From: Candidatus Nanohalarchaeota archaeon
Lineage (GTDB): Archaea > Nanohalarchaeota > Nanosalinia > Nanosalinales > JAFCCC01
Reading direction: 5' to 3'
DNA: 64,000 nt
Assembly (NCBI GenBank): GCA_017610385.1
Contig: JAFCCC010000003.1
Coordinates: forward strand, 5,919-69,918
Shown: positions 29,869-40,520 of the stretch, in pieces
How positions within the stretch are numbered: position 1 is the stretch's first letter
Layout: each line of letters starts with the position of its first letter
Position numbers and translations under genes: made by a program
Notes under the pieces: model-generated
What the model was told of the DNA's origin: nothing
Seen by the model: only the letters and a program-made list of their open reading frames with translations
The model's database searches: none

Positions 29869-31731
29869 ATGAAAGAACTTGAAGACTTAAAGAAGGAGTT
29901 ACCTGCTGACGCAATGCTTGTTGAGGCATGTTATGAAGGATGTAATGTTGTTTTTTACACTAAAAATAAGAACTTCTTTATAAAAAACGAACAAGTTGTA
30001 AGGCAATTAGTTTCAAAGCTAAGAAAACGTGTTGAAATTAGACCTGCTTCTACAATAACCACGGAACCAGACAAAGCCAAGATAAAAATTAAGAAAATTA
30101 TTCCTACGGATGCGGGATTATCTGAATTAATTTTTCAACCAGAATTCGGTAAAGTTATTCTTAGAGCGAAAAAGCCTGGTTTAGTTATTGGTAGAAATGG
30201 CGAAACACTAGATAAAATTAAAAAAGAAACCTATTGGTTGCCTGTTGTTGAAAGAGTTCCCGCAATTGATTCTAAAATTGTGGATAAAGCAAGAGAATTA
30301 ACTGTAGGAAATCCCTCCTTCAGAAAAAAGTTTTTGAATTCTGTAGGCAAGAAAATCAGATTAACTAAAAGCGTCGGAAACGAATGGGTAAGAATAACTG
30401 CGTTGGGGGGTTATAGAGAAGTAGGTAGATCTTGTACTTTGTTACAAACAAAAGGAAGCAAAGTCATGTTAGATTGCGGAACAGGATATGGTTCTAAAAC
30501 ATCTTATCCTTATTTGGATGCCCCTGAATTTAATTTACAAGATTTAGATGCAGTCATTATTTCTCACGCGCATTCAGATCACTGCATTTTTTTACCATAT
30601 TTGTATGAATACGGGTATACTGGTCCAGTGTATTGTACAGAACCAACAAGAGATTTAATGATTTTAATGCAATTAGATTTTTTAGATGTTATTAAACGTG
30701 ACGGCAGAAAAGCGCCATATTCTAGCCAAGCAATAAAAAAATCAATAGAACATTGTATTCCTTTAGGTTACGGAGAAGTTTCAGATATTACCGATGATAT
30801 GCGTTTGACTTTGAATAATGCGGGACATATTCTAGGTTCAGCTTCTGCTCATTTGCATATTGGAGAAGGATTGCATAATATAGTATATACCGGAGATATT
30901 AAATTCGGCAAATCTGAGTTATTAGACTCTGCAGATCCTAATTTTAATAGAGTTGAAACATTAATTTTGGATAGTACTTATGGAGCACAAAGAAATCCGA
31001 TGCCACCAAAAAAGGAGTCTAATGCAGGATTTATTAAGTCTGTAAAAGATACCTTAGATAAAAAAGGAAAAGTAATTGTTCCTGCTTTTTCTATTGGAAG
31101 ATCTCAAGAAGCAATGTTAGTTTTGTATGATCACTTGGAACAATTCAATGTTCCTGTTTATTTAGATGGTATGATATGGGATGCAACTGCATTACATACT
31201 GCATATCCTGAATACTTATCCAAGTCTTTACAAAAAAGGATTTTTCATCAAGGAGAAAATCCGTTTTTATCTGAACATTTTAAAAGAGTCGGTAGTAGTA
31301 CCGAAAGAGAAAATGTAATTAATGGTGAGTCTTGTATTGTGATTACTACGTCTGGTATGTTGTCTGGTGGACCAGTTTTATCTTATTTAGAAAGATTAGG
31401 CGAAGATTCTAAAAATAAATTAATATTTACAGGATATCAGGCTTCAGGAACTCTTGGGAGAAAAATCCAGAGAGGGTGGAAAGAAATTCCAATCAATGGT
31501 AACAAAACAGTTCGGTTGAATCTAGAAATCGGAGCAGTTGAAGGATTTGGAGGACATAGTGATAGAGCTCAAACTATAAATTATGTTGGAAAATTAGGTA
31601 GCAGACCAAAGAAAATCATTTGTCAACATGGCGATGATGCAGCAACCTTTAATTTAGCTTCCACGTTACACAAAATTTATAACGTAGACACGTGTGCACC
31701 ACAGAATCTAGAAACAGTGAGATTAGTCTAA
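29869..31731 (+). CDS. fttA: aCPSF1/FttA KH + beta-CASP ribonuclease
   Basis: KH GLVIGRNG, GGYREVGRS, HAHSDH, AGHILGS; adjacent to psmB. Confidence 0.95.
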   Translation: MKELEDLKKELPADAMLVEACYEGCNVVFYTKNKNFFIKNEQVVRQLVSKLRKRVEIRPASTITTEPDKAKIKIKKIIPTDAGLSELIFQPEFGKVILRAKKPGLVIGRNGETLDKIKKETYWLPVVERVPAIDSKIVDKARELTVGNPSFRKKFLNSVGKKIRLTKSVGNEWVRITALGGYREVGRSCTLLQTKGSKVMLDCGTGYGSKTSYPYLDAPEFNLQDLDAVIISHAHSDHCIFLPYLYEYGYTGPVYCTEPTRDLMILMQLDFLDVIKRDGRKAPYSSQAIKKSIEHCIPLGYGEVSDITDDMRLTLNNAGHILGSASAHLHIGEGLHNIVYTGDIKFGKSELLDSADPNFNRVETLILDSTYGAQRNPMPPKKESNAGFIKSVKDTLDKKGKVIVPAFSIGRSQEAMLVLYDHLEQFNVPVYLDGMIWDATALHTAYPEYLSKSLQKRIFHQGENPFLSEHFKRVGSSTERENVINGESCIVITTSGMLSGGPVLSYLERLGEDSKNKLIFTGYQASGTLGRKIQRGWKEIPINGNKTVRLNLEIGAVEGFGGHSDRAQTINYVGKLGSRPKKIICQHGDDAATFNLASTLHKIYNVDTCAPQNLETVRLV

Positions 31732-31779
31732 TTCTTTTAGAAAGAAACGCTAGAATACAAAAAATAATTTAGGGTAAAA

Positions 31780-32127
31780 TCACCTATGAACTCTGGCAAA
31801 AGATGGGCATGCAACAATCCAATCTTCGTCAACACCCGCAATATCTCCATTCAGTGCAGAAACAGTCTTCTTTAATCTATCAATTGCTCTTTTTAAATCA
31901 GTCATATCCTTGTCTTTTAATGGTTTGATCTTAATCCAAACGATATTATTCTCTCTTAACATATTTTGAACACGTTCGACATCACCAAATTCATTTAAAG
32001 TAGCAACTCGGATTTTAACAGTCTTTTCTCCACTATCTGTTACTGCATCTAATTCCACATATTCTTCTTCATTAGAATCATATTCCCTAGAAGCTTTTGA
32101 GGTGCCAGTTAACCATTTTAAACCCAT
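31780..32127 (-). CDS. sepF: cell division protein SepF
   Basis: EEYVEL, LKRAIDRLK, GDIAG, ACP. Confidence 0.88.
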   Translation of the reverse strand: MGLKWLTGTSKASREYDSNEEEYVELDAVTDSGEKTVKIRVATLNEFGDVERVQNMLRENNIVWIKIKPLKDKDMTDLKRAIDRLKKTVSALNGDIAGVDEDWIVACPSFARVHR

Positions 32128-32183
32128 CGAAAATCACTAATAATCTAATTATTTCGAACATATTTAATATTATTGTTTAGTTA

Positions 32184-32423
32184 CTATACCGTCTCTAATA
32201 AAGACGCTATACTCCAAATTTCTGTTCTAGAATATTGTGTTAAATTTGGATCATTACTAGCATCATCTAAAATAGAAATAACAGTATTTACTCTGACTGA
32301 AACTTCCTCTGTTTCATCCTTTAATGAGATTAAGGCTTCTTTCATCATTTTCTTTACGTTGCTTGGAACTGCTCGGTCTTCGCAAAGTAAATCCAATTTT
32401 TCAGTAATGATTTGTACAGTCAT
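32184..32423 (-). CDS. UPF0147 protein
   Basis: EDRAVPSNVK, DDASNDPNL..YSRTEIW. Confidence 0.9.
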   Translation of the reverse strand: MTVQIITEKLDLLCEDRAVPSNVKKMMKEALISLKDETEEVSVRVNTVISILDDASNDPNLTQYSRTEIWSIASLLETV

Positions 32424-32444
32424 TTTAATTTTCCTCAGTTCTAC

Positions 32445-32747
32445 TTAGCTATCGTTTTTTAATTTATCTTGCAATTGTTTTTCTCTTAATTCAAGTGATT
32501 TGATTTTAGAATCAAAATCTTCTACTTGATCTTTTAGTTCTTTAGATATTTCTATATAATTCTTTTTAATTATTAACATTCCTATTGCTTTGTAGATTTC
32601 ATCTTTTTCTTTTATAGAATTTAAAGATTCCTCTAATTCTGCTTTTTGGACTTTCAAATTTTCTTTTTGTAATAGAATGTTTTGTACTTGTTGATTTAAT
32701 AGCTGAATATGCATTGTTTTTTGTTCGTCATTTTTCATTTTAATCAA
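32445..32747 (-). CDS. pfdB: prefoldin beta subunit
   Basis: coiled coil with IYKAIGMLIIK hairpin; exosome superoperon context. Confidence 0.85.
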   Translation of the reverse strand: MIKMKNDEQKTMHIQLLNQQVQNILLQKENLKVQKAELEESLNSIKEKDEIYKAIGMLIIKKNYIEISKELKDQVEDFDSKIKSLELREKQLQDKLKNDS

Positions 32748-32949
32748 ATTCCATAATTTTTGAGCTCATTTTTGCTAATCTAATTGCCGTGTTAACATAT
32801 GCCCGTAACAAGGAAAGAGTTTCACTTTTAGTTTCTATTATAATTTTATTTTTTTTAACTGTGATTCTATGTGATTCTAAACTTGGTTGAATTGCCTTTG
32901 CAATTTGCCCAGCATTTTTCACATCTAATTCTATTTTAGCAATATGCAT
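32740..32949 (-). CDS. pcc1: KEOPS subunit Pcc1
   Basis: LSLLRAYVNTAIRL; position after rpoP. Confidence 0.8.
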   Translation of the reverse strand: MHIAKIELDVKNAGQIAKAIQPSLESHRITVKKNKIIIETKSETLSLLRAYVNTAIRLAKMSSKIMEFD

Positions 32950-32951
32950 AA

Positions 32952-33092
32952 TTATCTTGCTTTAATTGTTTTAGCTATTTCAGGTCTTTTTTTAAGTAAT
33001 ATTCTTCCTGAACAGTTTGGGCAAATTATTCGATCCACCTTCGGATCAATTTCGATTTCTTTTTCACATTTCGCACAAATATATCCTGCCAT
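32952..33092 (-). CDS. rpoP: RNA polymerase subunit P (not in ORF track, 46 aa)
   Basis: MAGYICAKCEKEIE...IICPNCSGRILLKKRPEIAKTIKAR. Confidence 0.92.
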   Translation of the reverse strand: MAGYICAKCEKEIEIDPKVDRIICPNCSGRILLKKRPEIAKTIKAR

Positions 33093-33093
33093 T

Positions 33094-33342
33094 TTATGCC
33101 TCCCTATGTAATCTAGCTAGTAATTTTTCTGAACCAGTATCCACCTGATATGCCCCGCCAATCATTTTGGCACCACAAGACTTACAAATCCAAATGCCTG
33201 CAGCATATCTTTTAAACGCCAACTTTCCGCATTTTGGACATTTCTTTTTTGAGTTCTGTAACTTACTTACCGTAATAACAGCATCTCTAACTTTTTTCCC
33301 ATACTTAGATCCAAACCGTCCAGCACCTTTCTTTTTTGCCAT
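33094..33342 (-). CDS. rpl37ae: 50S ribosomal protein L37Ae
   Basis: AGRFGSKYG, CPKC, GIWICKSC, GGAY. Confidence 0.95.
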   Translation of the reverse strand: MAKKKGAGRFGSKYGKKVRDAVITVSKLQNSKKKCPKCGKLAFKRYAAGIWICKSCGAKMIGGAYQVDTGSEKLLARLHREA

Positions 33343-33346
33343 AATC

Positions 33347-34144
33347 TCACTTATCAATCTTTATGTTTTTAAGTTTTTTCCTTATTATCTTGCTCTGATC
33401 TGAACTTTTTTTCATTAAATCTAGAATTTCATCTTTCGTTATTGGCTCAGAACCACCCTTTTGCATTGCACAAATATTTCCGTTTTCTTTAAATGCAAAG
33501 GTTAATCTTGAGTCCACAAGTTCTTCTTCCTCTGCATTAGGATCAAAAACTATTTTTCCACTAATTTTTCTCGCAGTAATTGAAATTGGAACTTCATTTA
33601 ACTCTAGTTTTCCAGAATACTTTTCGAAATCGATTTTTTCCGTTTTTAAATCATATGTTGGAATTTTAGTATTCATTAATGCTACAACAGCACCCAGTGC
33701 TGCGGCATCAAAGAGATTTCCGTCATAATCTAATATCTGAATATCTAAAAATACCAGCCAAACTGCTTCGCGTTCTTTAATACATAGAGCTTTTGTATTA
33801 ATCATTTTTGATTCTCTAATGCCTCTATCAACAACACGAGCTAATTCAATTGCTGCTTCTCTTGGTGGCCCAGATTCAAATTCTGGAGCCGCAATAGGAG
33901 ATAACTCCGCACCAGTCATTAATACTCCTTCATCAGGACTGTCTTGATATGGTTTACCAACACCCATTTTTACCCCAACCAAAACCTTTGTTTTTCCTAT
34001 TTTTACTAGTGCACAACCTTCTGGATTTTTGTTAATATAATTCGGAATAATTTCAATATCTCTAAATTCCTCTAATTTTCTGCCATCTAATCTTATTCCT
34101 TTTTGAATGGAATTGATAATAACACTTTTATTTATCTTCATCAT
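33347..34144 (-). CDS. rrp42: exosome subunit Rrp42
   Basis: RLDGR, FESGPP, ELARVVDRGIRES. Confidence 0.96.
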   Translation of the reverse strand: MMKINKSVIINSIQKGIRLDGRKLEEFRDIEIIPNYINKNPEGCALVKIGKTKVLVGVKMGVGKPYQDSPDEGVLMTGAELSPIAAPEFESGPPREAAIELARVVDRGIRESKMINTKALCIKEREAVWLVFLDIQILDYDGNLFDAAALGAVVALMNTKIPTYDLKTEKIDFEKYSGKLELNEVPISITARKISGKIVFDPNAEEEELVDSRLTFAFKENGNICAMQKGGSEPITKDEILDLMKKSSDQSKIIRKKLKNIKIDK

Positions 34145-34869
34145 TTTTGATCACCTACTTTATACGTATTTTTTAATACGTTCTTTTGCTGATCGAATAA
34201 TATCTTACAACCTTTCTGCGCGAGATCTAAAGCGGGTTTCATTTCTTTTTGATTAAGATCCCCATCCAGTTGTAATAAGGTAATTTCGTCGCCTCCGTTT
34301 ATCATCGCAATCGGAAAATCAGCACCACCATAAGAATCTTCTGCTCCCGCAACATCTAAAATTAATTTATCCTGAATTTTACCAACTGCGCAAGCAGAAA
34401 TTAAACCTTTCATTGGAATTCCTGCATCAGCTAATGCTAATGATGCTGCAGTTAATCCAGTTACTCTTGTAGATGCATTTGCTTGTATAACTTCAATTTC
34501 AATTTGAATATCTGCTCTTGGAAATTCTTCTAAAAATATAATTGGTTCCAATGCTTTTTTAATTACCAATCCGATTTCAATTGATCTTCTGTTTGGTCCT
34601 GGTCTGCACCTATCTGTTGTTGAAAATGGCAACATTTGATACCTAACACTTAAAACCGCTTTTTTAGGTTGTTGTCTGTGTTGAGGATGTAATTTAGTTG
34701 GTCCGTAAACCGCGGCTATAACCTTTGTTTCTCCTAGTTCAATTGCTGCTGAACCATCTGCCCGGTCTAAAACCCCTAGTTCCATTTTTAATGGTCTCAT
34801 TTCTTCCATATCGCGACCATCTAGTCTTTTTCCATTTTTTATTAATTTAATATCTAATCCCTTTGCCAT
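34141..34869 (-). CDS. rrp41: exosome subunit Rrp41
   Basis: RLDGR, ADGSA, AAVYGP, PFST, RRSIEI. Confidence 0.96.
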   Translation of the reverse strand: MAKGLDIKLIKNGKRLDGRDMEEMRPLKMELGVLDRADGSAAIELGETKVIAAVYGPTKLHPQHRQQPKKAVLSVRYQMLPFSTTDRCRPGPNRRSIEIGLVIKKALEPIIFLEEFPRADIQIEIEVIQANASTRVTGLTAASLALADAGIPMKGLISACAVGKIQDKLILDVAGAEDSYGGADFPIAMINGGDEITLLQLDGDLNQKEMKPALDLAQKGCKILFDQQKNVLKNTYKVGDQK

Positions 34870-35562
34870 TTATTTCACCTTTTTTGATTCCTCATCTAAC
34901 CAATGAGTTATTTTATCTGTTAAACCAGAAGTATGTGCTTCAGCTTCAACCTTTTTAATGGCCCGAACTGCCAATTCTTCGTTATTTCCTTTTAACCACA
35001 CTCTTCCATTTTGACCCACAATAATTACACAACCAGTCTTGTCTTTTATTGTACCAACCATTGTACCACTTTTACCAATTAATCTGGGAACCTTTGTATG
35101 AGAAATTTCAATTATTCGTCCTCCAATTAACTTCTTGGCTCTTCTATCTTTCATAGTTAATTGAACATCTTTCGTTTGTGTTACTTTTTTAATTTTTACA
35201 ACAATCGTGTCGTCTATATCGTAGAAATCCTCTAAAGATTTCTCATTTAAATCAATAAACTCTTCAGTTCCCTCACTCAATGGCAAAATTCCTTCATATG
35301 GTGAATTTAAATCCACCTGCCAAATCGCGTGAGATACCCTACTAATGTAACCAATAACAAAATCATTCTCTCGTGGAATGTATTTCCCTTTTAACGGAAT
35401 TACTCTTACTAATCTATTATTCTTAAATTCTGCGACTCCCAAATATTTGGAGACAATTTTTTTATCATTTCTATAAGTTCCTGGTCCCGGCAAATAATCC
35501 ATTCCCTCGAATAGAGCTTCACCAGGTATAACCAAACTTTTATCTTTTACTAATTCTGACAT
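34870..35562 (-). CDS. rrp4: exosome RNA-binding subunit Rrp4
   Basis: S1 + KH domains: YIPRENDFVIG, KVPRLIGKSG, GQNGRVW. Confidence 0.96.
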   Translation of the reverse strand: MSELVKDKSLVIPGEALFEGMDYLPGPGTYRNDKKIVSKYLGVAEFKNNRLVRVIPLKGKYIPRENDFVIGYISRVSHAIWQVDLNSPYEGILPLSEGTEEFIDLNEKSLEDFYDIDDTIVVKIKKVTQTKDVQLTMKDRRAKKLIGGRIIEISHTKVPRLIGKSGTMVGTIKDKTGCVIIVGQNGRVWLKGNNEELAVRAIKKVEAEAHTSGLTDKITHWLDEESKKVK

Positions 35563-35742
35563 ATTATCACTTTATTAAGAATCGAGGTTACCTAAAATCA
35601 TTCTTTATCAACGGTCTGAACTCAATTCTATTTTTCCTTTTTCACTTACTACTAAGAATCGAAAGCTTTATTAACGTAACGGCCAGCTTCGTTGATGTGC
35701 TTGTTGAAGTAATTTATAGTTTATTTTATTTTGTATGTGTAT

Positions 35743-36090
35743 AAGTGAGGGGACTTTCGAAGGGCTGTTACCTAACAGCTGAAATGCCAGCTGGCACCAA
35801 CAGCGAGTTAACTGAATGTTAACTCACTTCACTTTTTGCATAATTAAATAAAGAGTGCTTTATAAAGTGCGTATAGCCTAAAGCGTTGATTAACTTGACC
35901 GGAAAATATAATTTAAGGTTAAGTTAGCCCAATCACGTTAATCAATTAACCGGTTTCGCGGTTAATTTTGCTTGAGCTTTTACTAAAAAGCTCACGCGTT
36001 AACCGATTTCCCGGTTACTTTTGTGAAGGGAACTTCTGAAGGAACGTCGCATAAAGTGCTGCCTGATTTTGCAGGCATCCGAGCGCTCGG
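35743..36090 (-). ncRNA. candidate structured RNA / mosaic of dispersed hairpin modules
   Basis: at least 9 hairpins; shares modules with tRNA trailers (20274, 21097) and with 57961-58049; strand tentative. Confidence 0.45.
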
Positions 36091-36133
36091 AGTTAAACAC
36101 AACTTTAATAGAATATACTTCTAAAAATTATTT

Positions 36134-37840
36134 ATGAAATATTCTAAATTAGCTAAAATTTATGAAAAATTAGAAAGTAATGGTTCAAGTTTAAAGAAAA
36201 CAGAAATATTAGCTAATTTTTTAAAAGATAAGAATGCGGAAGTTTTAGATAAATTAATTCTTTTAGCAATGGGACGACCTTTTCCAGAATGGAGTGAACT
36301 TGATTTAGGAATTGCAGCTCAATTAATGATTGAAGCAATTTCAAAGGTAAGCGGTATTTCTAAAAAAAAGCTTAATAATTACTGGAGGGAACAAGGAGAC
36401 TTAGGTTTAGTCGCTGAAAAAGTTTTACAAAATAAAACTCAAAGAACCTTATTTTCCCGGTCTTTAAACATTGAAGAAGTTCACAGAAATTTTCAAAAAA
36501 TTGCAGTAACAGAAGGTTTAAATTCACAATCTCGAAAAATTGCATACATTTCAGAGTTGTTGGCCAATGCAGAACCCTATGAAGCAAAATATCTTGTAAG
36601 AACGATTTTACAAACTCTACGAATTGGTGTAGGTTCGGGAGTTGTTCGAGATGCCATTGTACAGGCATTTGATGTTGAAAAGGATTTAGTTGAAAGAGCC
36701 CACGAGGTTAGTAATGATTTTTCGAAAGTGGCAGTAATTGCAAAAGAAAAAGGAAATGAGGGATTAAAAAAAGTCAAAATGGAGCTTTTTAAGCCGGTTA
36801 GATCCATGGATGCTCAAAAAGTTAGAGATGTAGAAGAAGGATTCAAACGCGTTCAGAATAAAGATGGATTTTTGGTTGTAGAACATAAATTAGATGGAAT
36901 GCGTTGCCAAATACATAAAAACAAAGATAAAATACGTATATTTACAAGACGCCTGGAAAATGTTACAAAACAGTTCCCAGAAATTACTAACTTTATTAGA
37001 GATCATGTTTCTGCTGAAAAATGTATTATAGATTCAGAACTTACTGCGTATGATCCACAAACAGGGAATAACTTGCCTTTTCAAGAACTCTCAAAGCGCA
37101 TTAAAAGAAAATATGATATTGAATTAATAGTAAAAGCGATTCCCGTTTTTATCAACGCATTTGATCTCTTATTCTTAAATGGAAAAAATTTGATTACGAA
37201 ACCATACAAAAAGAGATGGAATGAATTAAACGAGATTGTTGAAGAAAAAGAAAAAGAATTTGTTTTAGTTACTCATTTAGAAACAGATAAGCCCGAAAAC
37301 GTTAAAAAATTTTACAAAAGATCTTTAGAACTTAAAAATGAGGGTATTATGTTCAAAAATCTAGATGCAGAGTATAAGCCTGGTTCTAGAGTTGGTCATA
37401 TGGTTAAATTAAAGCCGATTATGGAAACATTGGATTTAATAATAGTTGAAGCCGAATGGGGTGAAGGAAAACGATCTAATTGGCTATCTTCTTTTAAATT
37501 AGCGTGTCAGAATGAAACAGGAACCCCCGTAACTATTGGTAAAATGGCTACCGGATTGACAGAAGAACAATTTAGTGAAATAACAGAAAAACTAAAACCG
37601 CTAATTCTTGAAGAAAGTGGTCGAACAGTTAAGTTAAAACCTCAAATTGTGTTAGAGGTGGCTTATGAAGAGATTCAAAGAAGTCCAACTTATGAATCGA
37701 GGTTTGCATTGAGATTTCCTCGGTTAGTACAATTCAGAGACGATCTAAGCCCAGAAGAGATAGATGACATTAAAAAAGTGAAAAATTTGTATGATGCACA
37801 GAAGCAACACAGAAGTATGGGGGTTAAGAAACGCATTTAA
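36134..37840 (+). CDS. lig: ATP-dependent DNA ligase
   Basis: EHKLDGMRCQIH, EGIMFK, KLK, ALRFPR. Confidence 0.96.
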   Translation: MKYSKLAKIYEKLESNGSSLKKTEILANFLKDKNAEVLDKLILLAMGRPFPEWSELDLGIAAQLMIEAISKVSGISKKKLNNYWREQGDLGLVAEKVLQNKTQRTLFSRSLNIEEVHRNFQKIAVTEGLNSQSRKIAYISELLANAEPYEAKYLVRTILQTLRIGVGSGVVRDAIVQAFDVEKDLVERAHEVSNDFSKVAVIAKEKGNEGLKKVKMELFKPVRSMDAQKVRDVEEGFKRVQNKDGFLVVEHKLDGMRCQIHKNKDKIRIFTRRLENVTKQFPEITNFIRDHVSAEKCIIDSELTAYDPQTGNNLPFQELSKRIKRKYDIELIVKAIPVFINAFDLLFLNGKNLITKPYKKRWNELNEIVEEKEKEFVLVTHLETDKPENVKKFYKRSLELKNEGIMFKNLDAEYKPGSRVGHMVKLKPIMETLDLIIVEAEWGEGKRSNWLSSFKLACQNETGTPVTIGKMATGLTEEQFSEITEKLKPLILEESGRTVKLKPQIVLEVAYEEIQRSPTYESRFALRFPRLVQFRDDLSPEEIDDIKKVKNLYDAQKQHRSMGVKKRI

Positions 37841-37973
37841 AACTAAAAAGTAATAATATCAAAAGAACTAATTAATAATACAAGACATAGGAAAGGTTTA
37901 TATCTAATGAATAACTTATTTTAATTAGGTCGAAACAGTAATAACGCTAAAAAATTTTTTGGTGAAATAAAAA

Positions 37974-38786
37974 ATGGTCGCTTCAAAAGAAACATTAGAT
38001 GCATTAGGGTCCATTGGACTAAATATGTATCAAAGGAAGATTTATTCTGCCCTTTTAAGTCGGGGTGTTTCAACTGCAGGAGAATTAAGTGAAATGACTG
38101 GTGTTCCTAGGTCCAGATCCTATGATGTTCTAGAATCTCTGGCCGATATGGGCTTTGCAATTTTAAAACCATCTAAACCTAGAGAATATGTCGCAATTCC
38201 ACCTTATGAAGCTTTGGAGAATGTAAAGGAACTACAAAAAGGAAAATTAAAAGATAAATTGGCTAAGATCGAAAAATTGAGAAACAGCGAAGCTGTTCAG
38301 GAGTTAAACATTTTATATAATGAAGGAGTCAGTTTAGTGGATCCAGCAGATCTGTCTGGTGCTTTGAAAGGGCGTTATAATCTCTATCAGCATTTAGGAA
38401 ATCTAATTAAGTCTGCTGAACAAGAAGTTAAATTGCTTACAACCGAAACCGGATTAAAAGAATTAGCAGAGAATTATTCAGATATTCTGAGTAAAGCAAA
38501 AGCAAGAGGGGTACGTATTAAAATTATTGCGCCGATTACATCGGAAAATAAAGAATCCTATTTAACTCTCAAAGACTTTGCGGATGTAAGATTACCTGAA
38601 AGAGAAAATTTAAGTAGAATCTCTATTATAGATGGAAAAAGAACAACAATGGCTTTAACACATGAGAAAGTACATCCAACTCAAGATACAGCTTTTTGGA
38701 CAGATTCTTCTCATCTAGCTTCAGGAACCCTAAATCCACTATTTGATATGCTTTGGAATTCTGGAAAGATCCCTGAAAAACCTTAA
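37974..38786 (+). CDS. TrmB-family (TrmBL2-like) regulator / chromatin protein
   Basis: GVPRSRSYDVLESL wHTH plus C-terminal PLD-like domain. Confidence 0.9.
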   Translation: MVASKETLDALGSIGLNMYQRKIYSALLSRGVSTAGELSEMTGVPRSRSYDVLESLADMGFAILKPSKPREYVAIPPYEALENVKELQKGKLKDKLAKIEKLRNSEAVQELNILYNEGVSLVDPADLSGALKGRYNLYQHLGNLIKSAEQEVKLLTTETGLKELAENYSDILSKAKARGVRIKIIAPITSENKESYLTLKDFADVRLPERENLSRISIIDGKRTTMALTHEKVHPTQDTAFWTDSSHLASGTLNPLFDMLWNSGKIPEKP

Positions 38787-38921
38787 AAAGTTTTCGGGGG
38801 AAACTATTTTATTCTAATTACCTAAATCAGACTAAAATTGATTATTTCAGTTTTAGAACTCAATCTAAAAACGAGTTTATTTTAATAGCTCAAATCAAAT
38901 TATATTTCCTAGAGTGATTTC

Positions 38922-39944
38922 ATGTTAACACAAAAACAAATAATTCAGATTAGAGCGTTATTGGAAAAAGCAAAAACCCCATTTTATTTTTTCGATGGGG
39001 ATCCTGATGGACTATGTTCTTTTCTATTACTAATGAAAAAATATGAGAAAGGGGATTTTGAATGTGCAAATTTTCCTGTTGATGATGAAAGACCTTATTT
39101 GGAAAAATCAAAGGAAATCTATTCTGATCTTATTGTTATTCTAGATCGTGCGTATATGACTCAAAAGGCAATTAATTCATTCAGAACAAAAGTTCTGTGG
39201 ATTGATCATCATCCACCACTTAAACGAAATAATGTATTTTATTTTAATTCGCGTTTAAATAGAAAAGAAGTTCCGACAACGTATATGGCATATCAAATTA
39301 CTAGAGAAAATGAATGGTTGGCCACTGTGGGTACTATTGCAGATTATCATCTTCCAGCCTTTTCTAATAATTTTTCCAGACAATATCCTGAAATTCTTCC
39401 AAAAAAGATTATTAATCTCGATGAAATCTTGTTCGATACGAAAATGGGCCAATTAATTGATGTATTTAATTTTAATTTGCATGGCGCGGAAAATTCCATA
39501 AGAAAAAATGTGAATTATCTCTTAAAAATTAAAGATCCCTTGGAAATTTTAGAACAGAAAAATAAAGCAGGGAAATTACTTTACAAAAATTATCAAAAGT
39601 TAAATAAAAAATATCAAAGACTCTTGAAACTGGCTTTGAAAGAAGAAAATGAAAAATTTATGTTTTTTACATACTCTGGAAAAGTTGGATTTACTGGAAA
39701 ATTGAGTATGGAACTAATGTATAGAAAAGATCCAGAAGTGTCTATAGTCGCTAAAGAAGAAAAAGATTCTAATATAATTTCTATGAGCCTGAGATCTAGG
39801 ACTAAAGATGTATCCAAATTGTTAAAACAAGCTTTAGTTGGTTTAGAAGGAGGAGGAGGGGGTCACGAGCATGCTTGTGGCGCACATATTAAAAAAGAAG
39901 ATTTTGAGAAGTTTATTAATACTTTTAGAGAGCTTGTTTCGTAA
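38922..39944 (+). CDS. DHH/DHHA1 phosphoesterase
   Basis: DGDPDG, IDHH, SLRS, GGGHEHACG. Confidence 0.92.
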   Translation: MLTQKQIIQIRALLEKAKTPFYFFDGDPDGLCSFLLLMKKYEKGDFECANFPVDDERPYLEKSKEIYSDLIVILDRAYMTQKAINSFRTKVLWIDHHPPLKRNNVFYFNSRLNRKEVPTTYMAYQITRENEWLATVGTIADYHLPAFSNNFSRQYPEILPKKIINLDEILFDTKMGQLIDVFNFNLHGAENSIRKNVNYLLKIKDPLEILEQKNKAGKLLYKNYQKLNKKYQRLLKLALKEENEKFMFFTYSGKVGFTGKLSMELMYRKDPEVSIVAKEEKDSNIISMSLRSRTKDVSKLLKQALVGLEGGGGGHEHACGAHIKKEDFEKFINTFRELVS

Positions 39945-39979
39945 AAAGTTATATAAACAAAATCAGACAAAAGTAAACT

Positions 39980-40519
39980 ATGATAAAATGGTCTAAAGCA
40001 ATATTATTGGAACTTGTTCTGTATATTTTATTTTTTGTTGAGATGGTTTTGATAAGTTTAATTGGACTTACAGTTACAGGCTATATAATTGTATATTTAG
40101 CAATTTCGCCATTAATTGTCTTGTTTTGTGCCCACAGTTATTTTAATAACCGTAAATTCAATATCCAAGAAGCCTTTTACTTAGGACTTTTCTGGGCAAT
40201 TAGTACATTACTTTTAGATTCTTTGTTTACTACGATGGTATTTAAATTGCCACTAATTTATGAATTTTTAAGTTGGGTTATCTGGTTCTCCTTATTTGAA
40301 ATTTTAATATTCACCACATTTTCAGGTTCTTTGATGAAAGAAGTAATTCGAGATATTCATGCAGTTAAGGAAAAACCTTCAAAGAAAACAGTTGTTAAAA
40401 AACAGATTCGAAGAACAATTAAAAAACCTGCGAAAAAGACAATCGCAAAGAAAACCAAATCTAAATCAAATTCTGTTAAAAAACCTGCGAAAAAGAATAA
40501 ATCAACAAAGAAAAAATAA
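39980..40519 (+). CDS. 4-TM membrane protein with histone H1-like Lys-rich tail
   Basis: hydrophobic N-terminal part; KKPAKK repeated. Confidence 0.75.
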   Translation: MIKWSKAILLELVLYILFFVEMVLISLIGLTVTGYIIVYLAISPLIVLFCAHSYFNNRKFNIQEAFYLGLFWAISTLLLDSLFTTMVFKLPLIYEFLSWVIWFSLFEILIFTTFSGSLMKEVIRDIHAVKEKPSKKTVVKKQIRRTIKKPAKKTIAKKTKSKSNSVKKPAKKNKSTKKK

Positions 40520-40520
40520 A

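Noticed and set aside
35743-35835. possible hammerhead ribozyme or SRP RNA
   Set aside because: No CUGANGA/GAAA core in the correct arrangement and no SRP helix 8 motif on either strand
40421-40497. direct repeat AAAAAACCTGCGAAAAAGA
   Set aside because: Coding repeat (KKPAKK) within a low-complexity tail
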